DNA of 63,976 nt, counting the filler, from Basidioascus undulatus (taxonomy: Eukaryota), in assembly GCA_000826855.1 (NCBI GenBank). It is 3 parts of 3 records of this genome, joined end to end, with 100 filler letters (N's around TTAATTAATTAA, not from the genome) between each part and the next. Parts side by side here need not be neighbours in the genome. Positions count along the whole stretch, not along the records: positions 1 to 21,720 come from JTLS01000322.1; 2 more parts are not named here. One strand, given 5' to 3'. The translations under genes were made by a program, and so were the position numbers. Under the pieces are notes generated by a model. It was not told the DNA's origin and searched no databases. It worked only from the letters and a program-made list of their open reading frames with translations. Each line of letters begins with the position of its first letter. The first letter of the stretch is position 1. Shown piece by piece: positions 1-12,800 of this stretch.

Positions 1-67
1 ACCCTACGTAGGGTAGGGGGGAGGGGGGATCCTACCCCTACCCGGTAGGGGTAGGGACACCACACTG
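1..67. repeat. Palindromic CCCTAC/GTAGGG repeat cluster, possible DNA-transposon/MITE terminus
   Basis: ccctacgtaggg and cctacccctacccggtaggggtagg are self-complementary; the tract ends in CACACTG (reverse complement CAGTGTG, hAT-like TIR start). Truncated by the window edge. Confidence 0.4.
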
Positions 68-371
68 CAGTCGGGCTGGTTCAAAAGCGCCTCAACCTCA
101 GCAACAGCCATGCCTTGCCCAAGTGCATGACTAGCGACTGGCTCACAGTTTCAAGCTTGAAAGTCGACGATCTTCTTGTCGTCATGCGTCAGTGAATGTA
201 CAGACAAGAGTGGAAGTGAAAGTGAAAGCGCTGCGTGGAGGCCCCTGGAGGCTTTCGGCCTGAGGGCGGAATCCTTTCCGCCCTGCCTGGCGCGCTTGAA
301 GCCGAAAGTCGCAAGTTGCTCGTTGACAGCGTATTCCTCCTTGCTGGACACCCCTTCGCCTATCGCTCCTC

Positions 372-1990
372 ATGTCATCCGAACCCTCAACCGCGCCTAA
401 TCCGGCGCCAACGACAGCCTCAACACCGAGGACGCGCAGCGCCGTCGGTGCAGCCTCCGCGAAGCGCATCAAAGCTCACCAGAACCGGATCTACGCGCAC
501 CCGCTCCCCCTCCTTCTTAACAGTCCTGCCGCACCCTCCGACACTCAATCGACGACTTTCGCCTCTCTTTTATCGCGCCTCTCTCTTTCCCCACGTCCCT
601 CGCTTCTCAACCCCCTATGCGTGGGCGTATACGAGCGCGCGTCTCGCAGCGTCTGGGTCACGAACGAGCGGGACGTGCGCGTGCTTTGGACGAGGGGGTT
701 CTTTGGGAAGGGAAGCCTGAGTAGGAGCGAGCCAACGTGGTTGGATCGAAGGAGAAAATTGATTGCTTCGGCTGAGAGTGGACGTAGGTCCCCTTCCGTT
801 CCCCTTTGTGTGTCCCGGCTGCGGTGAGCATCGCTGACAATGGTAGGAGGATTCCCAGAACTGACCGCCGAGGAGATCACCGCTCGCCGCCGCGTCGAGC
901 GGCGACAGATGAAGGTCGAACGGGCGCGGGCGCTCGCAGAAGCACAGCAAGCAGCCGAAGCGGCCTTGACCGGCGTGACGCCGCCGGCGTCGTCGGCAGC
1001 GATGGTGGCCTCCCCGCCGCCGTCGCCTGCGCGCGCACCAGATGAGGTCGTGCTCAATCCGACCTCGTCGACCCCCGAGACGCCGCCGCCCAAGTGGGAG
1101 CCCCTCGAGCCGTTCCCAGAGATCAAGCCGGAGACACCTGCGAAGGAGGGGGAGAAGTTGGAGAAGCGCGTGCCGGCCGAGGTGGAGAACCTCGAGCATC
1201 TGCAGCTTACGCTCCCGGAGGCGCTGTTCCTCGCTTGGGGAATGGACTGTCTTAAAGTGCTGGATCCCGCTACCGTGCGCCTTCTCACATCGTTCCTTGC
1301 AGTGTATCGTCCTTACCCAAGTCCGCAGAACACCTACCTCCCTGCTCACGCGCTCTGGCGCGAGTTCCTCCTCTCCTCCATCCCCCATCCCTCTCTCCCC
1401 ATACCGACCCAGCAAGACTGCCTCACGCGCTTCGACAATCCGTTCCTCGTCTCCTTCGTCGCGTACTCGCACTTCCGCGCCCTCGGCTGGGTCGTGAAGA
1501 GCGGTATCAAGTTCTGCGTCGACCTCGTGCTATACAAGCGCGGGCCTGTGTTCCACCATGCTGAGTAAGTCTCCCAGCTTGTCCGGTCCCCCCCAAAGGA
1601 GTCTGACTCCAGCGCCCTGCCGCTCCTTTTCACGCAGGTTCGCGGTGGTCGTCTGCCCCCAGTACGAGGACCCCGCCGACAAGGCGAACTCGCCGTTCCG
1701 CCTCGACAACGCCGATCGCCTCTCCTGGCAATGGCTCAACACTATCAATCGTGTGAACTCCCAAGCCAAAAAGGTGCGTCGATTGTTCTAATTTCCGGTG
1801 CATAATTACTGAACGTTTGCTGAACCGGACTTGCGGGCGCCAAACAGACTCTCATTCTCGCCTACGTGACGATTCCGTCTTCCAAACGCGTCTCGCCCGA
1901 CGTGCTGCATGACCCCAGGCGGCTTGGCGAGGCCTACTCGGTCAGGGAGGTCACCGTCCGGAGATTCGTGCCTGCTCGGATGAGAGATTG
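372..1990 (+). CDS. SEN2: tRNA-splicing endonuclease catalytic subunit Sen2 (5 exons)
   Basis: Motifs [100 protein letters not shown]; GT-AG introns near 785, 1275, 1565 and 1773. Confidence 0.93.
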
Positions 1991-2532
1991 ATGACGATCG
2001 TATTTTATACCTTGGCATTGTTGTCTGGAATGTCGAGCGATGCTTGAAGCGTTGCAAGACGGATAAGAAACCGTTATCCGCTAATTTTCGATCACTCCAC
2101 AATGTCAAGCACGCATTCCAACGACGGGGCCCGGGATACGCACCGGTCTTACCGCATGTAATGACGAACATTAAACGATGGTCCACACTGCAGAATAATC
2201 GCTGGAAGTCGAGATACTGTGTGAAACAACCCGGTGCTTGCTGAATATTAGTAGCGCTTAGCACGGCTAGAAGCGGTGGTCGCACGTGCTCCAAGTACTA
2301 GATACTCCCGCTGCAACCCAGGCGCCGTCCGCTCCTCAGACATTCACCTCCTTCGCGATGCTCATTACGAGCGGTTCGCAATCTTGGGGATCGAACGACC
2401 AGAGCACGAATGGACGGTAGAGATGTGCTGGAAGCACCATGACGAAGAGTGCAGGTAAAATTGTCGATGCGGTCTTTATAAAGGCTCCTGCGCCGTGTCC
2501 TGCTCTCTCTTCGCACCGCCCGTCTTCCCACC

Positions 2533-3390
2533 ATGCTCTCCATCAAGCCTCTTATCCTCGTTACCCTCCTTGCTATCGTTACGACTCTCGTTAGCGCAAG
2601 GCATTATTTAACGGTCCAAAATGGCTGTTCTTACACAACGAACCCCACCCTGCCGAGTTTCCCATGCCTGCCGCCGACATCCAGAACGTCGAGGTGCTTA
2701 CTTGAGTGATTCTTCTGAACAGTCAACTCACCGGAGGTTCGGGCACATACGACGGTCTCACCACGGCTACGCTTGCGCCGGGTCAGAGCACTGTTCTTCC
2801 GCCTTCTCTCGAACGGTGGGTACAGCGGACGCATCTACAACCAGAACGGGACCTGCGGCCAAGACTGCGGCTCCAGCCTTGGTAAGTCAACTTTTCTCTG
2901 TACTCTTAACGCTCTTTCTCACACCTCGTTTATCTGGTCAGAGTTCAACTTCGTTCGTAACCTGATCTCGGGCGTCCTTCGCCATGTAAGCTCACCAGAC
3001 AGTCCTCACACATTTTTAGCTATCTAACTGAAATGGTCCTTGTTCTTAGTCCTCAGGTCGCCGTCGCTTGGCCCAGCGCAGGCCTTCTGGACTGCGCCAC
3101 GAAGCGTTGCTACTCTGCTAACTGTCTTGCTGTCGACGCAATTCCCCAGAACAGCCGTACGTTCCCACCTTCCTGGGTTGGTCTTGTAGCTTAAGAAAGG
3201 TAAAAAAAAGTTCTAACGTAAACCTTCCGAATGGCAAATAGAGAACGTCCTCAACACCGCAGTTGTGAGGCATCTGGATCCCCGCCGATTACCGAATAAT
3301 TCCCATAGGTCACACCCACGTGTACGCTTGCGGACACTGGAATCACCCTGTTAGTGTCTTCGTTCAGAATTTCGAGAGTTACATGCTGAT
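2533..3390 (+). pseudogene. Small secreted thaumatin-like protein, apparently degenerate (end approximate)
   Basis: TATA at ~2477; signal peptide MLSIKPLILVTLLAIVTTLVSA; TVQNGCSYT, LAPGQS, GYSGRIYNQNGTCG, EFNF and Cys-rich CATKRCYSANC. PGQS and SGRIY lie in different frames, and the first donor looks mutated (cgagtt). Confidence 0.6.
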
Positions 3391-4846
3391 GTATTGGTGA
3401 TGGTACAAGGTACTACTGCCAGGCGTCGTGACGGCATTTAACCACGTTACAAGCTGGATGGACGATGGAACCATGGCACCTACCAATGTAGCAATACAAT
3501 ACAAAGTGCGGCTTTATGTCTGTAAAGTAAAGGGCAAATCATAGGGTGCCTCTTTTGTGGAATCGATCCATATAGATCTTGTGCACTGCACCCACGACGT
3601 TTATCTTTTCGCATACGCTTCATACAGGTGTATGTCTGCTCACGGCATCTACTATCGCTACCTGGTTGCCGCCGGGTACGGCACCTATCGGAAAGGTCGA
3701 AGCAGGCTGTGGACATTGGCGGTTGCCAGCATTGGCCAGCACGCCACGGGCATTGGGTGTGGAATGTAAACCCTGGTCAAGGGAGTTTCCATTGGGCACT
3801 GAATATTTTCTGGTATGGGGGTATGTGGCCGATAGATATCAAGGACGCAATTGTGAGCACCGGCTCCGGTTTGACTCCCTTGCAATGCAATGCACAGTTG
3901 CATCTGTAGCGCCTCTCTTTCGTGCCATTTCCTTTGGGTGACCATGCATCAGTTGTTCATTAAAGCTCATACGAGATTGAATTGGATCCTCTCTCCATTA
4001 CTTCCACATTATGCCTCTTCTAGCGCATTCTACTATTCCAAGTTGGTCACAAGCCTCCCACAAGGCGGATGAGCTTCTCATCCCCTTGGACTGCTAATTG
4101 CAATGCGTTGTGTTGGATGTGGTACATAGGGCTGAAAAGAATCTTTATTTAAAATAACCGCTGTTTGTGAGCTGATACGGACGCCGGAAGTATGTTGGTG
4201 CTCAAGATGGCGGAACTTGTTCCCTTCGCTAACAACGCCGCAACCTGCGGTCGCGATCGGGCACGGACAGTATTACGCCTGTGAAGCCACTCGGAAGGTT
4301 CGTAACTGTTATTACGAGATAGTTCCTTGTCCATGATATACTTGCGCACTTCTGGCTGCATTGCCGCCGCATACGCGCATGAAAAGCATAACCATGAGGA
4401 TACCGCTGCGAGCGGCAGCACTACTGAACATCGCGCCTTGTTGAAACTCCTTACATGAAGTGACATTTTGAAGCCATTCTAAGAATTAATAATAAATGAC
4501 GCAGAGGTACATAATTGCAATAACTACAACGCTTCAGCAATCTACATACCTGGCGCTTACCCTTGAGGCAAAGTCGTGCGCAGCGTCCTACCGACTAGGG
4601 TGAAACACTTGTGCGCCAGGCGCCTTTTCTGAGACCAACACGCACGCAGCCTGAGCGCTTCCCCTCTTTCCACTCTTCCGCTCCCTCACTCTTTCAAGAC
4701 TCTACTGACGGTACATGCCCCTCCATATGTTCTGGTCCGTCCATCCGCACCACACTTACCGGTGGGCGCCAGACAGGCTCGATTGGTTCTACACTCACTT
4801 GCCCTCACACTCGCTACACCGCATCACACTCTCTTTACACGACGCC

Positions 4847-6949
4847 ATGCGTGCGATCGCATCTGCGTTGATTCTTGCCTCTGCCGCGAGCACGGCACTC
4901 GCCCACGGATACGTCTCGGAGCTCTACGTTGGGGGGAAGTGGTACCCTGGCTCTGAGGTAGGTCGCAGACGGTTCTTACACACACGCACACACACATAAA
5001 GTGCGATGACTCACTGCCATATTCAAACCTCGGCAGGGCGGTTCCTACAAGGACGGGTCTCCCCTGCGGCCTCCCCCCTCCGATCTGGCTTGTAAGTGGG
5101 CAAAGGACGTGATTTGAGGCAACTCGCACTCACATTTCCTCGAAGATGTTCCCTTCTGGAACGCCTTTGATGGTTCTGCGTGAGTACCTTGAGATTGTCC
5201 CATTGGCGTCGCTGACATTGACCGCGTGTTGCATCAAAGGGGCGTCGCATGTGGTTGGAACGGTGCGTACGGCCACGGAGGTGGACGAAAGAACTTGCAT
5301 GGCTAACGGGATCGGTGCAATCGTTGAACAGGAGTCGACCCTGTTCAGGTCACCGCGGAGGTGAGCATTGATTGGAATGCACATTGAGAACTTCAGTACT
5401 GACAGGCCTCGATTCAGATCAATGCGGGGGAAAGCGTCACGGTGCGCTGGAAGGGCGACCGGGGCTGGCCAGGTAGGGGCAAAAAATATAAAACAGTCCC
5501 AGTCCCTGGGATCCCGGCGTCGTGCTCGGAAAGCATGGTTTGAACGCTGTACTGACCATCGTTCTTGGCCAGGCACGGCGCAGGATTGGTGGGGGTATGT
5601 CTTTCCTTTGCTCCTGAAAAGCAACACAAGCTGATGTACGGGGTCCGTAATAAAGTCATTATGAAGGCCCCATCGTCGACTAGTAAGTGAACATTCCCCC
5701 CTCCCCCGTATGCTACTCGAGCTGGCCGCTGACGTCGAGGAAACATCTCAGCCTTATGCCGTGCGACGGCGAGTGCACGAAGTGGAGCGCCGTAAAGCCT
5801 GAATTTTCGTAAATGAAGGCAAGTATCCATGTTTACCTGGAGTTTATACCCAGAACGACCAGAACGCCCGTGTGGTGAAGATTGCCGAGGCAGGCCTCGA
5901 CACGAGCCAGCCTCGGCCGGACCAAGGCTTTTGGCCGACTCGCCCGTCCGGAGCCGGTATGTGGGCACAGGACAAGATGTCCCGCCAGCAGGAATCTTGG
6001 TGGGAGATCAAGGTAGAGCCGAACCATATGCGGTTGATCTGAACAGCGCTGATTAACCCTCGAACAGATTCCCGAGTGGATCGCTCCCGGCGAGGTAATC
6101 AGTTTGTGTCTCCTTTAGAACGAACAGGGCACTGAATCGAAATCCTGACTTGCTTCATAGTACATTTTGAGGTCTGTCCGTTACTGTCCCAACACTCGAA
6201 GCGAACGACTGAATCGTAGAGCAGGCACGAGCTCATCTCGCTCCAGACTGCCAATGAGTGAGTGACTAGCAAGGACTTGCTCTTGGACGGATAAACGTAT
6301 CTGAATCATGCATCCACCTCTTCAGGCCCAACGGCAGCGGTCACACATGGCCCGGCGGAGCTCAGGTGAGAAGCACGCTCAGGTGTAGATTTAGAACCGA
6401 GGCTTACCTCGGCCTGGACTGCGAACAGATGTACCCCGTTTGCATCCGTTCGTTGAATCTCCTGAACTAAATTCGTGCGATTCCTGACACTTTTGTTCGC
6501 CTGCAGAGCTCAAGATCAACGGGAACGGCAATGTTACTCCTGACATGAAGCCAGTCCGCCAGCTCTACACCGCGTGCGTTTCGACTAGTTCTCACAAAAG
6601 AAGGAAGGCTCACATTGCGTCCCTTCAGCGACATTCTCAACATCAACGTATGTTATTTCAGCCCTTTCATCAGTTGTGGAGTTGCTCACAGGCGCCCGGG
6701 TCCTAGATTTACGACGGATCTGACGGCATCAGTGCGTCCACTCTCGGTTTCTTTCCTCAACGCACGTCTGTCTCTGACCAACATCAAATCGCCTTGTTAC
6801 AGCCTCGTACAAAATTCCCGGTCCCCCTGGTCAGGCCTATTCCTCGCTTTTTACTCTCTGCTTTATCTGATTCAGCAAATGCAGTCTTCACCCCTAAGAT
6901 GAAGCGTCACACCCGCCGCGCCGAACAGCTGGGCCACCACGCCCAGTAG
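4847..6949 (+). CDS. AA9 (GH61) lytic polysaccharide monooxygenase, about 20 exons
   Basis: Signal peptide then N-terminal His (ALA|HGYVSELYVGGKWYPG); VACG, INAGESVTVRW, HYEGPIVD, VKIAEAGL, IPEWIAPGEYILRHELISLQTA, GGAQMYPVCIQLKINGNG, YKIPGP, spread over many micro-exons. Confidence 0.88.
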
Positions 6950-7913
6950 GCTAGCTTTTTATTTCCATAGCAACACCACGGGTTCCTGGGCGACCCTTGT
7001 ACCCTGCCTTACCCATTGCCTTTTCGCTCGAGTACATTAATTCCAGTCGGCCCGGCGTCGCGTTTTACTGTCTTTTCTGCTTCTCATTGTCGATATATTG
7101 CCGACCCTCTGGCCGACTTCAAGACGTGATCTATAACTGCAAAGTTCTCTAATCATACACATGTGCTTCTGGCACCTGTCACTCTCCGCAGGAGGCAGCG
7201 GGACACCGCGCGCGAGCGGACAAAACTTTCGAACAAGTTGCCGAGGAGGACGATCGCCCCTGAACCTCTCTTACCAACTCCTACTTCCGGAATTGAACAC
7301 ATATGATTGCAAATACCACTCAAATCTAAGGGAATTCTTATTCACTAACTTTCTTCCTGCCGGTCAGCCCCCCTTCCCCGTCAACGTAAACTGCAGGGCG
7401 ACCAACTCCTCCCTGCCGTAAAGGCGATGACGGTCGCGATCATTGCTGACCATTCCTCGAGCTTGCTCAAGCTCCCGGACACGCCATTGCTGAACCACCT
7501 ACACATCCGCGAACCCGTTCATTCATGGCCAGCCTCTACGTAGCACATACACGCTCTGCTCGTTTTCGTCTTCGAGACTGCGAATCTGGGGGGCTCCGAG
7601 CAGAAGGTGTCGTTAATAACAAACATGCTGAAGAATTTCTTACAGCAGATTATCATCACGAAGCGTTAAATTAGTCAGAGCGAAGTGAAAGCGCATCGAG
7701 TTCGTCGGAACACCATGCGAAGTCTAAGCGGAATATTGATTTCCCCTGGCGGCTGGCGGGGCTCCCCTCCGGAAGTGATCGGCTCCCTTCCCGATCTCGT
7801 CCATGGTGGCCCCCCTGCCCCTTCGAGCTTCTCTCCTGAACAAGTGCCCTTCCCTTCTCATCATCACCTTCGCTTTCTTGGATACCCTTTCGTACTTATA
7901 TATAACCCGTCAA

Positions 7914-9962
7914 ATGAACCGCATTCCCTCTCTCGCTCGCCGTTACGCGACTGCGGCCAAGTCGCTGCCCAAGGCGATCCCCGCGAAGGGCGCGGACGAT
8001 GTTGTCGTTACGAGCGTGCACCGCACGCCGATGTGCAAGGCTTGGAAGGGCGGGTTCAAGGACATGAGGTGCGTATTGATGACCGGTTATGAGGCAATGT
8101 GAGGCCTGGCTGAATGGGACGGTCGGAGATGATAGCCAGCCCGAGCTGCTCACCGAAGTGCTGAAGGTCCATTCACCTTCGGATCCTGCTGGACTACTTC
8201 GGAGCTGACAAGTAGGGTTCCAGACCGCCGTTTCTCGCTTTGGCATTGACCCTGCACTCCTTGATGATATCGCGCTCGGTCAGGCGCTGGGCACGCACGT
8301 TGTTCATGAGGGTCGTGCAGCGGTTCGTCGACCTTCTCTGACCATCAACGATACTATCGCTCATGCTTGGACGATCTTCTGCAGGCGCTTGCTGGTTAGT
8401 CTCCCAGAATGTCGCTGTCGCTTTGGAATCTGACAAGCGGCTATAGCTGGCATCCCCGACAACGTCCCGCTCTTCCAGATCAACCGCCTCTGCTCCTCCG
8501 GTCTCATGGCAGTCACCGCCATTGCGAACCAGATCCGCACGGGACAGACGGAGATTGGTCTCGCCGTTGGCGTTGAGCACATGACTTCCTAGTGCGTCTG
8601 CAGCATTTCCTGATCGGATGACCCTGGTTACTTATCAGACTGCCGCAGCCCGGACAGGTCAATCAAGAAGGTGGACGACGTGATCAAGCAGCATCCGATT
8701 GCTGGTGACTGCCTCAAGGTGTGTTCATCCTTGGCATACTATATAGGCCGGAACTAATGCTTGTCGTGGGCAGCCCATGGGCTGGACTTCCGAGGTACAC
8801 TACCGCTGGCGTATCGCCGCGCAGCTGTAAAGACTTGACATGTCGGGTTACAGAACGTCGCTGCCGACTTCGGCATCACTCGAGAGCGCATGGACGAGCT
8901 TTCCGCACTGTACGTCTCCAACTGGCGTACCATCTCTTTCAGCCCCTGCTAAACGTCCGTCAATCTCTAGGTCCGCCCAGCGTGCCGCTGCTGCGCAGTC
9001 CTCTGGCCGCTTCGACACCGAGATCATGCCCATCACCGCCTTCCAGAAGGTTTTTCCTGAGTCCGAGGAGCGCAAGGAGGTCGTCGTTTCCAAGGACGAC
9101 GGCATCCGCACGGGCACGACCAAGGAGGGTCTCGGCAAGCTCCGCGCTGCTTTCCCGCAGTGGGCTCCGGGTGTCTCCGTACGTTTTCTTCTGCTTATAA
9201 CGAAAGCGCAACGATTGTGTTTATTACTAATGCTGTGGGAGTAGACTGGCGGCAACTCCTCTCAAATCACGGATGGCGGTGCGTACGCCCTGCTGATGAA
9301 GCGCAGCAAGGCTGAGGAGCTCGGCCTCCCTATTGTCGCCCGCCACATCCACACTGCTGTGAGCCGCTTCCTTTTTCTGTGAATGTGCGGAGAGCGAGGC
9401 ACTGAATCTGCCGCTTGCAGGTCTCTGGTCTTGCCCCGCGTATCATGGGCATCGGCCCCGCGCTCGCTATCCCCAAGGTGCTTGAGCAGACCGGCCTGAC
9501 GAAGGAGGACGTCGACTTGTGGGAGGTCAACGAGGCTTTCTCCACGTGCGTTAACTTCATCTTATCCCTGTCTATTCTGTGGACGCTCTGAAGTCTAATA
9601 TCGACGACATGCAGCATGTATGTTTACGTGCTGGAGAAGCTCGGCCTTGACATTGAGAAGGTCAACGTAAATGGCGGTGCTATTGCTCTCGGTGAGTCGC
9701 AAACCGCTTGTAGGAGCGTCGTTTCGTGAATGACAGCTGAAAATCACTTGTTTCATTAGGTCACCCCCTGGGCTGCACTGGTGTCCGTACGCTCGCTACT
9801 GGTCTGCACGAGCTCGCTCGTCGGGACCAGCATGTGTTCGTTTCTTCCATGTGCATTGTGAGTTGTATTGAAGGCGTTCATTTCACAAATTTGTCGCTCA
9901 CCCTACTTCGCTTGCGCCAGGGTGCGGGTATGGGTGCAGCGGCCGTCTTCGTCAGGGATTGA
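7914..9962 (+). CDS. 3-ketoacyl-CoA thiolase (POT1/fadA family)
   Basis: [35 protein letters not shown] (active Cys), [61 protein letters not shown]. Confidence 0.93.
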
Positions 9963-11264
9963 GCGGATTGACGGATATGCATCTGCTTTTTGACATCGAG
10001 CCATGAAATCCTCTTAGCTTGCCGGTGTCGTCGCGACTATCAGTACTATCGTATTCCCAGTGCGAGAACGAATAGGTCACTCGTGAGACGCGGGAGAGGC
10101 CGCAGACTGGGATGGCGAGCAGTGATTCTTGTGCATCGTGCATCGTTGTATCTTCACCGTCCGCATCTCACACAATGTTACCTGGAGGGATTCCTGAGCA
10201 CCAAATGCCTTTTCAAGGGACACGCGGTACGGCTTAGCACCCACTTCCTGCGGATGGGCACGCGCGTTCCAACAGAGGCGGCAACGTGCCGCCGCTGTCC
10301 GGAGAACATTTAAGCTTTTTGGGCTGAACCACCAACATGGTGTTGTTAGAGTGGTGAAGTGGCCGCGAGCAGCATGCAGGTTCAATGCAATGTACGCGTG
10401 AAAGCTGGCAGCAGGGCGGGGACAGCACAAGTGCACACATCCGACGTTTGCGCCATCATGCTGCATGAGCTTTCGAGTATCGACGCGCTTACCCTACGCG
10501 CTGGTTGACCGGCCTTGAACGTACCCCGAGCACCGAGGGAGGTATTAAAAGTATATTTCTCGCATTTGTTTCCCAAACGGGACATGCAAGCAGCAAGCAG
10601 GTGTCGTGCACAGTTATGCACGGTCACCGGCAGCAGGACTAGCGTAGTTGAAGACGGTGCACTGGCTATGCTGGCTGAGTACACCTGCCGGGCCGCTCTG
10701 GTTACCCAGTGCTCGTGCCTTGTGCCTAGGAGCATGAGGCATGGCGTTCTCCGACACCCGAGGTACCGTCACTTAATTTCCCGATCCGGCGCATACGAGA
10801 AGCGTTGTGCATTCCGGAAAACGAGTACTGAGCTCACCTCGTCGCTTTCAGCTGCACCTCCTCCTCTCGCGGCTGTACAGCATGCAAGGTAATGCACATG
10901 GCCGCGGAATGCTCAAAAGTAGGGAGGGAACGCGTGCTCTTCCAAGCCTCTTGCATGCACTCTCGGGCACTGGAGGTTGGGAACCATGCGATGACTGTGA
11001 GGCCGCCGTGCAACCGCCATGTCACCGGGCTGGTCCTGCTGTCTCTCTCTCTCATATTCCTAATTTCTGGTGTGCAGTTCATGTATGATTAGGTGAAATG
11101 CACGGTCATGAACCACATGGGTCGGGCTTGAGCCCGGGCCGATACTGGATCTGCTGCAAGCAGCGTGCAGGCTGGTCATCGGGGCTCACGTCCGCCTTGC
11201 TCAGAACAACATAAAGAGGGATCAGGAGGGATTCCAGGTCCACACATCTACCGCTCTACACCCT

Positions 11265-12385
11265 CTCCGCTCGTTCGCCTTCGCAGCTTTCACCGGCGCA
11301 CTGCTTACCGTGTCTCAAGTCACCCTCGCCTTGCCCGCCGCAGTAAGTTGCCTACTAATTTTCAAGGTTTGTACGTTTGGACAAAATACTAATTCCTACA
11401 TCGCATCTGTCCTTAGGGCCCTCGCGACAGCGGTAAGCTGGGCGGTCCATCGCCGCCCGTGGACCGGCCCCGGAGCTCGCCAACCTGGACAACGTGCACA
11501 TCGAGGCGGCTTACGGCAAGATCCTCAAGGCTGTACTGTCCATCGTCTGTCCAGAGGCTCTCAAGTGGACCTACGAGCAGCTGAAGGAGTACTATGTGAG
11601 TCTCTGCACGCGATCTTCATGGCTCACTGGCTATAGGAACCTGGCACGGCGCTGACATCTCTCTGCAGGACGAGCACATCAAAAACAACTCCCGCCGCGA
11701 GGTTGCAGACCTTGACAATGTTCACAGAGAGCTCGGATACGGCACGATCATCAAAGCCGTCCTCAAGGTCGTCGGCCAGGAGGCGCTCAAGTGGAGCTTC
11801 GAAGAGCTCAAGAAGTTCTATGTGAGTTTGACCCTTTCATAATGTATGGGGCCAGAAGGAAAGGTAAAATGATACTTTACAGGACGAGCTTATCGCAAAC
11901 AACTCATCGCGACATCCAGGGACTTCAAGTTGCGGACCTCGACGACGTACACATCGAGGCTGCCTACGGCGTGATCTCAAGGCCGTCCTCAAGATCGTTG
12001 GGCCGGAGGCCCTTAAATGGAGCTTCGAGGAGCTCAGGAAGTTTTAAGTAAGTACTTTTGAGACTTTTACACCCTAATGCCTCCTTGGAACGGTTGCTGC
12101 AATGAAATGATTGACAGGACGAGCACATCGCGAACAACTCTCGTCGCGACGTTCAAGACGTTCAAGTTCCCGATCTTGGCGACGTGCACATCGAAGCCAC
12201 GTACGGCACGATCCTCAACGCCGTCCTCAAGATTGTCGGTCCTGAGGCGCTCAGGTGGAGCTTCGAGCAGCTCAAGGAGTTCTACGTGCGTTTGTTTCTC
12301 TATGGCGCGTTGCCTCTGTTAGAGAAAAGTTCCTGATTCTTCATTAAGGGCTTTACAGGAGAGCCACATCGCGAACGGAAACTGA
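11265..12385 (+). pseudogene. Tandem-repeat secreted peptide precursor (Kex2-processed repeat protein-like), 4 exon-sized repeats, degenerate
   Basis: Signal-like LRSFAFAAFTGALLTVSQVTLALPAA with no in-frame ATG; four repeats of DEHIxNNSRR..DLD[ND]VHIEAxYGxI[LI]KAVLK[IV]VGPEALKWS[FY]E[QE]LKE[FY]Y, each ending at an intron donor; last exon ESHIANGN*. Repeat 3 has frameshifts and a TAA. Confidence 0.75.
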
Positions 12386-12800
12386 GCAATTTGGAACGAG
12401 CCAGCGGACGATGCCGCAATCTCCTCGACTGTGTTTCTTTTCCCCCTCTTCTCGGTCTCTCTTATGTATCCTATGATTCGAAACAGTGTATTTATCACTG
12501 ATGGTTATATTGTGGACCTTCCTCGACGTCTGCTTTATATTTGACGAACAAAGGCAGCGTTCCCATCGGTCCATAACTGCTAGCAACGCGTTCATGTTGG
12601 GACTTGAGCCGCGTCGCAGGTACTTCGGCTTCTGTAAGAATTGTGACATGCCCGCTACAAACTATACCTGTCCCTGAGTTGCGGTGCAGTTACATCCGAT
12701 AAACATGCACGATGACAGCCCAACTCCTCAACCAAACCACGATGTTCATTGCACCACTGTTTCCCGCGCAACATTCAATATTCTGTGCCACGTCCGGGCC

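Noticed and set aside
372..1990. SEN2 in the same window as the permuted tRNA, as a functional cluster
   Set aside because: They are on different contigs separated by two artificial linkers, so no linkage can be inferred.
5657..5682. Apparent loss of the second His-brace residue in AA9 (HYEGP vs HxGP)
   Set aside because: H-x-x-G-P spacing (e.g. HNTGP) occurs in basidiomycete AA9s; the His is present.
11473..12285. Repeat-spacer pattern suggestive of a CRISPR-like array
   Set aside because: Repeats are ~150-bp coding exons and the spacers are GT-AG introns.
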